Assembly: GCA_001643675.2 (NCBI GenBank)
Contig: LSRY02000006.1
Coordinates: 1,426,001 to 1,490,000, forward strand
Direction of reading: 5' to 3'
DNA length: 64,000 nt
Origin: Monocercomonoides exilis PA203
Lineage: Eukaryota; Protista; Preaxostyla
Both the position numbers and the translations under genes were made by a program. Of this stretch, positions 13,401 through 21,485 are shown one piece after another. Numbering within the stretch: the stretch's first letter is position 1; each line of letters opens with the position of its first letter. The notes beneath the pieces are model-generated. The model saw only the letters and a list, made by a program, of their open reading frames with translations, had not been told where the DNA came from and ran no database searches.

Positions 13401-15940
13401 GTAATGCTGGTCTTCAGATCGGTTGACTCAACGAACACATCATTTCCACATTTAGCCTCATTTCTCTCAAATCCCACATTTTTAAAGCAATAGTCAAACG
13501 AAGCATTACACAGCCTTAGATATATTCCTCCTCCTCTTCCTCTACTCCCTTCTCTCGAAGATGCTCGACAACCTGAAAACTGTGTTGAATTTGCAATAGA
13601 CGAACAATTCCCAACAGACAATCTTCCGCTCCCTCCAGCACTAAAGTGCACACATCCACCGTTTCCATTTTCGCATGCACACTCGGAAAATGTGCAGTTG
13701 TCAAGATCAAACTTCTCGTCATTGTCAATAGAAATCCTTAATACACTTCCATCTCCTTCCACTTTTCTTATCTTTCTGATTATCACTTGGCTCATTTCTA
13801 GATGTGCCAAAGAGCCAACGGTTAACAAACTGGCTTGTTGAGCTAGCACAAAGTTCTCGATTATTGATGAAATAATAGAGGCTTTTCCTTTTTCAATCTT
13901 AACAATTGGTGATTCAATAGTATGTACACTCAATTCATTCGCACAACCAACAATACAGTTATTCACTGTTAGCTCGCCATTTCCTATTAGCTCAAATAAC
14001 GAAATCAAGTTTGAATCATCAGCTATTGTTGAAGAAATATTCATGAACTCAATTTTCAGAGATCCTGTAGTTATAAAAAAAAGGGATCCATCTTTATGTG
14101 TTGTGATTAGTGTTCTTTTTAACTTATTGCTGTTTTCACTCGGGCAAATACGAATTATTTTTTCTCCAATCACCGTTTTTCCTTCGTGCACATCTTCACT
14201 CACAATCTCCAGAACCCAGCTATGTTGCTCAATTGAATGAATAATGGCACCATTTATCGTTTGGCATGTTTCGTTTATTCTCAATCCGCAAGTCCATTTT
14301 GCGTCATTTCCGTTTGAAGAATCAATGAGACGCTTCTCAAATAGCGGAGCCCAATCATCGCAAAATCCAAAAACACTATGATAAACTCTGTGTTGTTGAC
14401 ATGTCGAAAAAGTTGATAAAATTTTTTCTTTAAAAAATTTTCGTAGTGGATCAGTTATGTATATGACATTTCCTTTTGAAGATACAGAACAACTGTTGTT
14501 GTGAAAAAAACAATAATTAATATTTGAATTATTGTTATTTAAATCTCTCAAGACTGAAAAAAATAAAGCACCTCCATTGTCCGAACTTGAGGAGTTAACA
14601 ATGATACATTCCGTAATGAAAAAATCTGATTTTGTTTGTTCAAATGACACAGCTCCTCCATTACTGATGTTTGTAAAACTATTTGTAACAGAGCAATTTA
14701 AAGCAGAATCTATCGATGAAGTGTAATTCACATAATCTCTTGCTCGAAAAAAAATTGTTCCTCCAGCAGAATAAGAACTCGAATTCTCAAAAGATAAATG
14801 CTGAATAGCAGCTCCATCCACAATTTCAAGGAAATGAATGCTTCCTCCATAACCTGATAATCCTGAATCAGAACATGAACAGTTCAAAAAATCTGACATA
14901 TTGACGCAAACAGAGTGAAGACTTTCGCCATGAATAGCGCCACCACAATAAACTGATTTACAATTTTTAAAACTACAGCGATAAACTGTTAAATCTGTAT
15001 CTTTTACAATGGCGTATATTCCACCTCCCTTGCTTGCATAACAATTCATGAATATATCATTTTCAAAATGTGAAGACTGTTGAATTGAAATATGACCTTC
15101 TTCCCCAGAATATATTGCATTTAAATTCGAATATTTTTGCATCCTGCAAAAAGTATTATTGAATGAATTCAAAAATGAATTGGGCGAATTTATTGAACGA
15201 ACAATTCCTCCATCAAACACATCATTTACCATATCAAAAATGCTACATTGTATTTTGGCGAAAAAATTGCATCGAGAAATATCCCTAAAACCTTCTTCAA
15301 AATCTGCTGTTAAAGAAGAAATGTTTGTAAAGGATGAGGTTGTTATGCCCATAGAATTCAATTCTGATGAAAATATAAAAGGGATTTGAAGAAGACTAAA
15401 TGAACGAAAGTATGTGTTGATTACAGAAAATGATCCTGAATGAGTTTCCATTGTTTGAATTGTTCCCTTTGCTATCAATGGAAGGTGTTTTTGCAATTGA
15501 TGCAAATTATATACAGAAATATTGTTGAGAACAATATTTCCGCAACAATTAGAAAAAATGAAATTTTGTGCATATCCGAATGAATAAAATTTGGAATCTT
15601 TGACCAGGAGGTTTGAGGAAATATCAACAAGGGGAAATGCGATTTTTTCGCTGTGTTGAATTGATGAATCAGAAATTTCCACAGTAGAATTTTTGAGTGA
15701 AGTAATGAGATCTATTTCACTTGTTTCAAAAGAGCTGTGTAACTCTATGGATTTGTATTCGTCTATATTTTTTGTTGGTATGTTAATTCCGTTTTCTGAT
15801 TTACCGTTCAAATTTGTTTGGGTCTCGTAAAACAAGTTATTTTCATTTTCTTGAAAATCACTAATTATCACTGTTTCACAAATTAATATCTGCCTCCAAA
15901 AAATAGCTGTAATGTTTATCAAAAAAAACGCCAACGACAT
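3467..15940 (-). CDS. Giant intronless type-I membrane protein (about 4157 aa): beta-helix/Pmp-like repetitive ectodomain, one TM helix, degenerate tyrosine-kinase-like C-lobe
   Basis: Uninterrupted ORF. First ATG at 15940 gives a hydrophobic N-terminus (MSLAFFLINITAIFW). Eight G-x-D-xxx-CG-xxxx-PC-x-T modules with GGG(I/A)/NxAxxGxD motifs. TM segment VSWVVIVVGALFVIVLMGLVVFVV followed by RWKK. Tail contains LRWRAPEL...SVVFTIGVMLWECL...IPF...CWSSAVESRPS. Confidence 0.9.
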   Translation of the reverse strand: MSLAFFLINITAIFWRQILICETVIISDFQENENNLFYETQTNLNGKSENGINIPTKNIDEYKSIELHSSFETSEIDLITSLKNSTVEISDSSIQHSEKIAFPLVDISSNLLVKDSKFYSFGYAQNFIFSNCCGNIVLNNISVYNLHQLQKHLPLIAKGTIQTMETHSGSFSVINTYFRSFSLLQIPFIFSSELNSMGITTSSFTNISSLTADFEEGFRDISRCNFFAKIQCSIFDMVNDVFDGGIVRSINSPNSFLNSFNNTFCRMQKYSNLNAIYSGEEGHISIQQSSHFENDIFMNCYASKGGGIYAIVKDTDLTVYRCSFKNCKSVYCGGAIHGESLHSVCVNMSDFLNCSCSDSGLSGYGGSIHFLEIVDGAAIQHLSFENSSSYSAGGTIFFRARDYVNYTSSIDSALNCSVTNSFTNISNGGAVSFEQTKSDFFITECIIVNSSSSDNGGALFFSVLRDLNNNNSNINYCFFHNNSCSVSSKGNVIYITDPLRKFFKEKILSTFSTCQQHRVYHSVFGFCDDWAPLFEKRLIDSSNGNDAKWTCGLRINETCQTINGAIIHSIEQHSWVLEIVSEDVHEGKTVIGEKIIRICPSENSNKLKRTLITTHKDGSLFFITTGSLKIEFMNISSTIADDSNLISLFELIGNGELTVNNCIVGCANELSVHTIESPIVKIEKGKASIISSIIENFVLAQQASLLTVGSLAHLEMSQVIIRKIRKVEGDGSVLRISIDNDEKFDLDNCTFSECACENGNGGCVHFSAGGSGRLSVGNCSSIANSTQFSGCRASSREGSRGRGGGIYLRLCNASFDYCFKNVGFERNEAKCGNDVFVESTDLKTSITNSSMEFMCRFSEVLEDVIGIDEKWDGVFIPLEYYVLSREEKVAVGNEGRDVSACGFFNYPCKTLKYSILQLEETNREIIFHQQYRIMENMIFEDERGYVLGGVDEKSSVMAVGSTGSTNGVLIVESNVTIELLRFMLQSSLLYSEMSVVALLEERARISMNECDVCEDETVDTIEHHFLVMRAGKASMKKLSISSLSLISTPFVYVCGLMSEIDMSDLSVSDIHMNECSFLKNERAKNVNISMCNFSSVVLEHGDGSLVNGMVGTSQRMSIDGGLLNGKCKMGNGGGIRVVIEDEGIIRIGNEMSVTFEKCYANGEDLSGGLGGGMILKVKGGRDFLLTMVKFVMCNASKYGRDMFVEARSFTEVINNRSIGFSTNITDMSTLMGFENEKQYAIPLVLYLRSEPVSITVGGENGNDFDKCGYDGYPCLTLDFALEKRKGILGICSEIEGSVEMSHEHIVMEGKVEIKGKALENEINITAEGEKILEVLVQNGASTVVENVKIKVPTQLNGRKGLFRNVEGVLSIISTKIELKSGTSVDYKMLEVIKGSAILSSVIVHGICFLDCQFCEASGEGLITLSSSDISGCSSTISTGLIEVSEKGALSIHGCVITGNSELTSCTAVWMSEGRSMSVSNSNFSSWKRKEGNGTVASAIVGEGTSFEWRGVVVSDCTAEAGSGGGMKVKIKENGMIRIGNEGVSTLFRRCKSMKDRNGEGYGGGVSIECCGKGSKNFVLESLSFENNEARIGINLFGEGHELSKSFSKSSLKIGAFGTNTLSNEFVGLDWKDNVIVPLSLFVNEWSEPGYVGIGGVDYALCGFEWYPCLTIGYAGRTRFEGNNANIRILSGFKIICEVIIDTQEMNIDTSSEMELVKINESIGGSEEGIFVVKESVASLSHILFCAPPRISGVHNSLFICLGGTLNVTKCSIEAESGSLEYQFAKCCSGAMVIESVLMKDIEFLSTEAIIIEGMEAHGVIDSVVFENVKSEGGIGLVCVNEVASVRCENSTFNSSAFSSHPAIAFAELTTIQLKNNTFEELVRNDGDGGAIVGIVGFEKKAIVKECFFWNITCLDESGKGGSVFVEVKKGGVFECDSNEVKESKVDTESGHGGGIHLTLSSTELTYSMKNIEFGGNEAFEGKDVFVVCPTARVSVNAMWWAGSADEDDLEKKQLWVFETSTGRSISMLPYLFPADDAIVFVKGNDGENSNDCGIEVKPCLDVVFGIERMNNNQSIIQIIESGAIGGIVERNEKSLTIRGKKNENSLIIIEEGGHLELKNGGANAGLTLNRLRIILPCISSFTEVLIVSSGECSIVNCSFGTGEGTEMIEDIWIVRGSGGLIMMSGIAIECGPFKGIGGVFSGNNCTFVIENTEIMNVHSAGCTLITCEDCKIVEVNGVCVVNCSSELTLFQTRNVQDLSVKNGSCFDGCRAEKGNGGGTKNEMSGSEMMKFENCSLKNCKTVAVNEKGGGIYLSFGESFQSNYLLKDVSFGNNSATYGRDVFVFSISLNETIRSTCFVNLSSIEEVSIDLKGEDAEYFIEKPVNLVHFLEQYHSSRVFVSEKGYDMNGCGMIGYPCQTFWRGYSNTEKSMDVHEMVVDGSTYVSDCYDVSRFSIFSSTMEQSLYATLEISTNNIRDKVKGVLMNGDSLDILWIDFLLLQPSCGAVTCLIFSNAYSEGILLDHCIFKIISDIAIEFSIVVVGSGSVIMNECKVQNYSSSVSLFELSAAATMSIERIMIEDVELGDCSVFALSPSTTAKEASKNEMSGILLNRSIFSKLESDLAKEGIVLRGAAYGDVILCGCEMKDINSMRSENGGAIHAEIKGQGRVLLKETMIKRCKCNTDSGKGGGALVNSMEALSANKFAFEKVEFEENCASLGVNIFIWDVNLNESITTESFKIDGLSSETDGNLFAGSDNSFDYVDLLMFIVEYRGSEVHVSRDGYDALRCGSESEPCGSLMMGLNHIDEGEVKKVVVKDEIGIYETCNLSGFEIGSLVMMSEEKRMGTISFGESKGGDIAILNKKSLRVVGIEFVASETFKNDREALILNENGEILLRKCSMRSLHTSITPGLFSFLLCDGGELIVEEVDVVNVNADRSIFVVCGARKCEVKNIIVSSVNMWKGSVLDVQRAKESKMEDEEPESISMFKIDNSSFEAIVKNGNGPGVLNCNSSHLLDVVVNKSSVQMCSSSLSEKGGMMMMHLDKGGSVKVWSTAIRQCGCSTSKGRGGGIFIGTTFEGDLPMMFASIGFESNTAYSGRDLFIECQNISSQINETQFRQVFSSEVYNQINAMYGIDHSNYSDIPVNLLDFIMIYQSDTIFVSSAIDIENDNSRKCGTRMLPCSTIAYGLDHVTRIFESQILIEGESKIEREIILDEITIRSKLKEQAIVRIGLQMQCACECVINANANVELSYLTFKFSRLFESLHKTFMDINSGVILISKVQVEGEEEKEKGNVPFHIFSVHGGELNIENFSAKNVQVGSDFFFIDGESSIYIVDVSISYISLSFSLIQSDAISSNIVLKEITIECITLEHGSLISLAGPSGLNFENSKYEKTLKLTLCSFQNISKSTAGASILILDGKNYNVFDSINCSISECFSISKFGSIFDLRFIHEATIDSCNFEGKLKNENLPANDAQEICVWNGSLISIENSNATMRETTVANSSEGGVGVSGGKVEIEKGEFVGNDPGFEKYPSFRRNVLCKDSGVVDIVSLKGGDGAKDDSSLWMVSEGCVMKGIAEERESEFFIPGVERVEMEEEEEWRRIRLVFHGWLLIPCEMWFRVSVVVGEEEKVVTYEFEEEGLLSEEVAIGVIGGEVVKGAKAEEEVAVGVEFGCKGGKCRRGRAVLKNRTESEREGRGNEAEGGSRGRVSWVVIVVGALFVIVLMGLVVFVVRWKKAKERAKELEEIVADTMRKDPKAFEMVTMEMSPEAQWRRAERDDEKKNEEKIKKRVYEKSLGHSESSEHLLSESGSTEYILGRDSDKIPEWALEAVDEKEKEEEEEVRKRIPSPSISSTSSTDTSDTDTTFVRGEDLCPTTSSMSNLVDAMACSSPHEKLIVDLRDSLFMLLHGRNEKKEMAIGSLEEREQTAAQILFWVANVALHSFDEMENPLQSLGSLSPHIVLFSEHMVICIALHSDCSSSDDSSSDSSSISSTSTIVTSSSDASVKSERFTKLPPPSSAFEEELDMGKECLRWRAPELGAGRNVGATKASVVFTIGVMLWECLRLEIPFFEYCGEAAFEKMRGQERPEAGEEQECGLGRVVVACWSSAVESRPSLVVVKREFIQRFPSGAVVMTVSDAIDVENEEQEESGERGSRDDGWSWVS
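5285..5585. repeat. Second near-identical patch shared with about 50310-50610
   Basis: Encodes SCNFEGKL(K/R)NENL(P/Q)ANDAQEICVWNGSLISIENSNATMRETTVANSSEGGVGVSGGKVEIEKGEFVGNDPGFEKYPSFRRNVLCKDSGVVD in both genes, with near-identical DNA. Confidence 0.9.
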
Positions 15941-16134
15941 CGAGTTTTGATTTCTGCAATCAACAATATTCGCAATTTTCAAATGTGAGTTGATCTAACC
16001 TTTATCTTGTTAATTTTTTGAAAACGTGAATTATTGCTGTGTCAAATATTTTTCGCATGATTTTTATAAACATGTGGGTGAAAATGTCGAAAAAGTTGGA
16101 TCAAGAGTATAATTTATATTTTAAATACTTTTCA

Positions 16135-17156
16135 ATGCCAAAATCACAAAGAAAAAAGGCTGTTATAATTTCAAAAACTGGCCAAGTTGGGAAAGAATTT
16201 AAGAAGCGTAAGAGTCTTTTGGTAGAGAAGATTCAAACAGCTGTTGACGATTACGAACGAATTATAATAATTGAACTAATTAATCAGCGAAATCATGAAA
16301 TTAAACAAATTAGGACGGACTTATCTGATGGAAAGTTTTTGAATAATTTTAATTTATGAAGTGATTTTGTTCATTTGCTTGTTTTCATTGCTATAGATTT
16401 ATTTTTGGAAAAAATAAAGTTATTGCAGTTGCTCTTGGGAGAACTAGGGACGAGGAAATAAAAGAAAATTTACATAAAATCGGGGAGGTTTGAAGATTCG
16501 CAGTTTTGAATGTGATCTCTAAAATAGTTGATTTTACTTACCGGTAGCATCTCCATGGCGAATGTGGTCTAATTTTTACAAATAGACCAAGAGACGAAGT
16601 GCTTTTATACTTCAGATCTTTTAAGCACAATGGTTTCGCACGTGCTGGTAGTAAAGCTTCGCAAACTGTGGTTATTCCAGCAGGAACAATCAAACAAAAT
16701 GAAGAAGGATGCCTTGTCACAGTGACAAAAAGCGAGGATGATGGATTACTTGCTGCAGTCCCATTGTCAATGGAACCGTTGCTACGTTCCTTTGGATTGC
16801 CAACATTCATAAAGGATGGTATACATTTTTTTTTTTTTTTTTGAAAAAAATTTTTTTCGTTTAATTTCATCAATTCAGCGAGCATCAAAATCACTTCACC
16901 ATATACAGTATGTCATGAAGATGAAATCCTTTCAGAAAAGCAATGCCAAATTTTGGTTTGTAAATTTTAAAAAAATTTTTTTTTAATTTTAAAGTCTTAA
17001 TTATCATATTTATTTCTGTATATTCATTATTATTGAATTTGCGTGTTTTATGACAAACTTAAGAAACGCTTTGGGTACAAACTCAGTACTTTTGAGATTA
17101 TTCCTCGAGGAATTTGGGAAAAAGAAACAGAAATTTTTGAAGAATTAAAAGGCTAA
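16135..17156 (+). CDS. MRT4: mRNA turnover protein 4 / ribosome assembly factor (uL10 paralogue), 5 exons
   Basis: Spliced product MPKSQRKK...FIFGKNKVIAVALGRTRDEE...HLHGECGLIFTN...FARAG...LSMEPLLRSFGLPT...YTVCHEDEILSEKQCQILKRFG. Four GT-AG introns keep the frame. Confidence 0.92.
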
Positions 17157-17513
17157 ATGGTTATGAGAAATTTCATTTCACAAAAAGTTTTCATTTCAAA
17201 TTTGGTGATTCAATTTCAATTTTAAACAGCAACAAAAAAAGCCAATCAGAATGATTTATTTTCAAACGGAAATTTTTTTTATCATAATTATTTTTTGAAG
17301 CAATTGATAATACTAATTGCCTCAGATTTGAAGGATGTTCTCCATGCTTCACAAAATTTTAAATCGCTCAAATGACATCTTTCTTTCAATGAACGGTTGT
17401 GCAAAAAGTGAAATGCAGTGTTTTGGGGAAAAAAAAAAAACAAAACTTAGAAAAGGTAGAATAAAGAAGTCTAAAGAATTGACATGTTTGTGTATGAGAA
17501 TTAAAAATGATTT

Positions 17514-20500
17514 TTACCAAATGTCTGTATTTCTGTCATCTCCAAAAAGATCCTCTTCTTCTGTTTGATTCTCCTGAGAATCATTCACGCTTTTCATTCC
17601 AAAGGAAGAAGAAATATTCCCTTTGTTATTTCCTCCGCTGCTTCCAGATTGCGCAGGCTGCTCGTCCTCATCTTGGAAATCATCTTTCATCTTTTCGTCG
17701 TCATCATCGTTGTATTCATCATCGTCTTCAACTTGAAACTCCTCATCTGCAACACCGTTCGATAGTGGCTGTGGCTTTGATCCTTCATTTTTCATGAACG
17801 ATGAAAAAGTGGAAGACGATGGCTGAGATGTGCTTGAAGAAGAACCAAAAGACGAAAAAGGCCGAGATGAAAATGAAGATGATGATGAAGAAGAAGTCTT
17901 TGACGGTTCCTGCTTTTGCGAAAAGGTCGATGATGAAGTAGGTTGAGAATGAGAACTTGAGTTTTCCCCTTTCAGAAAATCATTCGAGAAGTCGTCATCG
18001 TCATCATTTCCTTCATCACCATCCATGCTGTAACTGTAGATGTTATCATTCTTTTTGCTGAATGGTGTTTCAATGGCTGCTCTTGAACCAATTCTACCCC
18101 GATTGAGCCGACTTGAAGAAGGCGATGCTCTTCTTTTGGCACCCCCAGATGATGCAGTAAATGCGCTTTCTATGTTGTCTGTTCCTCTCGAAGAAATAGA
18201 TGAAACAGACTTCGATTTTGGTTGTGGATTTGATGAGAATCCAGAACTGGCAGTTGCTGTTTTTGGCTTAGCCGATGATGGCTTTGAGAAGAAATTGTCG
18301 AAATCATCGTCATCGTCTTCGTCATCGTCATCTTTGTCAAGCGATGTGGTGACAAAAGTGCTTGTTGGCTTGCGTTCAGGCTCTTTTTCTAACTCATCCA
18401 AAATGTCATTTCCATCGTCGCTGTTGAAGAACTCATCATCATCGGTGAAATCTCCTTTCTGTTTATCATTTTCCTTCGCCTTGTCTGGCTTCGCTTCAAC
18501 ACTTGTGGCGGTATTCTTTTCTTTGCTTTCTCTTCTGCTGCTGCTATCATCAGTGCGATCGCTTTGTGCGCCTTCAGACATCAAGGATTTTGAAAACCCA
18601 GTCATTCCAGACGAAGCTGAAGAAAATTGTGGCTGTGTTGCATCAGAGGCATCGAACGAGAAAGATGGCAGTGTTGAGATGTGAATTTGAGATTCTGTCG
18701 AGGACTGTTCTCGCTTTTTGCGCTCTCTTTCATCCTGCAATTCGTCTTCGTCCACAAACTTGTCGCCTTCTTCTGACCCATCCTCATTCTCATCTTCGTC
18801 TTCTTCGTCGTCGTCTGTGCTGAGCATAGACGATCCATCCAGTCTGCTAATCATCGAGCCAGGAGACTTCTCAATAGAAAATCCATGCCCCATTCCCAAT
18901 GTTGAATCCTCCTCAAATGATCCACCTTGTGCTCTTCCAGCTCCTCTCTCCATTCGAGCAGCTTCGGCCTTGTTCAGTCCCCGCTTTGCTTTTGCCGGCG
19001 TCGAGTGATCAGGAAAATCAGAAAGTTGTGCATCATCAAGTTCAGAAGTCAAGTCCTGTTCTTCAATTTGCATTTTTTCATTTGCTTTTGAATTATCTTT
19101 TGGCTTCTCATCGGTTTTGGCTTTCTCGGAATTATCTTCTTTGTTCTCTTCTTCTCCTTCTTCTTCGTCCTCTGGTCCGAAATCTACATCTCCAAACGGA
19201 TTTCCATTCTCTTCATCGTCTGTGTATTCGTAGTTGTCTTCTTCTTCTCCAAAATCGGTTGTATCCTTCTCTTTTTCAGTTTTAGTTTTTTCAGTTACTT
19301 TTTTGTTTTCATCATCTTCCTTTGTTTTCTGTTCCTGTTTTTCGTTTGCCTTGTTTTCCTGGTTGCCAAAATCAGATTCATACATCGGTGCTGATTGCCG
19401 CGAAGATTGAAGGACGTCCTCAGAATAGTCAAACCTGTTGTGCTCATTTCCTGAAGTGATGTCAATCTCTTCTACTTCTTCTTCATTATTCTTAAGCCCT
19501 TTCAAAAACTTCTGTCCTTCTTTAGTTAAAGCATTCGGTGCTTCATCTTTTGCATTTCCCTAAATTTGGAGCGATTTGAAAGCAAACAAAAAAATAGTGA
19601 AATTAGAATATCACAGTGATCAAAGATATCCAAAATCAACATTGATGAAATATACATATTTAAAAGTACATTTTTCAATTAAATTGCAAGTTTTTTGCAA
19701 AGATAACAATAATTAGCATACTATTGTTTCTTCCATAATCTCCTTTACTCCATCATCACTTTGTGACGATCGAGGAAGAGGTTGAGTGACTGGTTCTTTC
19801 TCTCTTTGAGATTTTGTATTATCTGTTTGATAGGAAATTGGTAATCCTGGTTCTGTAGTAATGCATGATGCAATTGGACGCCCAGACGATGGCTGGGGCA
19901 CTGTTTCTTCATCCTCAACAGTTTTTGATAATTTTGATTTTTGCATAGAAAAATTTTGCTCGCTTTCATCATCATCGTGAAAATCACCATCATACTCGGA
20001 CGAATCCTTTTCTGTTTTTTGATTGTTAAATGAAGATGTGGAATTTACAGGCTGTAAAAATGATGATGTTGAAGTTGAAGATGGATTGATCACTGAAGAC
20101 TGTCCTCTCTTTGCATCAAAATAATCATCAAGTAATAAAGACATAAGAGGACGAAAGCATCCATTTTGTGATGCATGTGATGCTTCCTCAAGTTTTTGAA
20201 AGTATTTTTTAATTAATTCGTCTCGGGGCAATAAATTGTTTTCCTGGAAAAGAAAAGCAGTTAAAAATAGCTTTCAAAAAAAGAAAAAGAAAAATACTTG
20301 AGTATCCCCGAGAAATACAGATGCTGTGCTCTTGAGGCCAAGAGAAGTTAATGCTTCGTAGATTAGAGAAAGAGTAATAATATCTTTATAAAAAATTTAG
20401 ATGCAAAATATTTTTTTGAGTAAAAATCAATCAAACATTGAGAATCCTTCTGAAAATTTTCCATTGCTTCGTTTTCTCCTGGTATTTCTTGTTCTTTGTC

Positions 20501-20675
20501 TTTTAATGCAAGAAGAACAGCCGCTTTCAATTCATTCTTAAAAATTGCAAAACAAAAACAATTTCAATAATTTCACTAGTAAATTTGAAAAGTCAAAAAT
20601 TTTAAAGCATGCTCTCATTCTAGTTAAAACGCCATGTTGTCTTAGCTTCTCTGTTACATCATCTCTCCAGCTCAT
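17514..20675 (-). CDS. FOP/CEP43 (FGFR1OP)-like LisH basal-body protein with long acidic low-complexity tail, 5 exons
   Basis: N-terminus MSWRDDVTEKLRQHGVLTRMR|NELKAAVLLAL and LisH-like SLIYEALTSLGLKSTASVF, then PLMSLL. Splicing joins ORFs 19713-20231 and 17514-19505. Confidence 0.75.
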
Positions 20676-21485
20676 TTGAACAAAAAGTCAACTTTATGGT
20701 AAAGGATCTGGAGTTGGATGTTGAAATATTTGATTCTTATTCATATCTTTCTCTATCTTTCGCTTCATGAAATGTTAAATTAAAATTGTGAAAATGCTAT
20801 GCATATTATTTGAAGGAATAAACGAAGATTCACAAAGTTCATTTTTTGATGAATAAAAAATTGCTGAATAATGAATAATTAAAATTTATCATCTGACAAA
20901 AAAAAAAAAAAATGAAAGACTCAACTGTTTGTGAAATTAAACATTTTGCTTGAAGATTTCGATAAAATGAAATTATCGTTCCTTTTCATTTATGATTTTT
21001 GCAATATTTTTATAAATATCCCATTCGGTAAATTGTACGGAGAAGAATCATTTTTTTTGTTTTGCATCTACAAATTTAAATTTTGCATTCTCAATTTTCC
21101 GAATTAGCGTTATTCTCGAAAGGATTCAACAATTTTCAAAAAAAAAAAAAGCACAATTTTCAAATGATAAAACAAATAAAAGGTAAATACAGCAGACAAA
21201 GACGTAAATATATATTCATATAAATAATGTTTTTTCAATTGGTAATTCGAGTTTCTTTAAAATTACTTTCTTGTTTGAAAAATGAATGATCACTTCTCAG
21301 ATTAGATACTGAGCTTATTATAAAATAACCCATCCATTATTTACCAAAAACATATATATATTGAACTCTAAAAATGCATAAATAACTTCTCCATCTTTAA
21401 GAATACCCCAAACGAGTAAAATATTAAATTGTCCAAAAAAAATTATCGCAGGTTTGATCAAGACAACTCATTTTTAAAAATAAAT

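Noticed and set aside
4335-15389. Numerous plus-strand ORFs within the giant genes
   Set aside because: Antisense in-register ORFs produced by the codon bias of the real minus-strand CDS.
16135-17156. Functional link between MRT4 (stalk assembly) and the RPL12-domain fusion
   Set aside because: They are 26 kb and several unrelated genes apart; there is no evidence of clustering.
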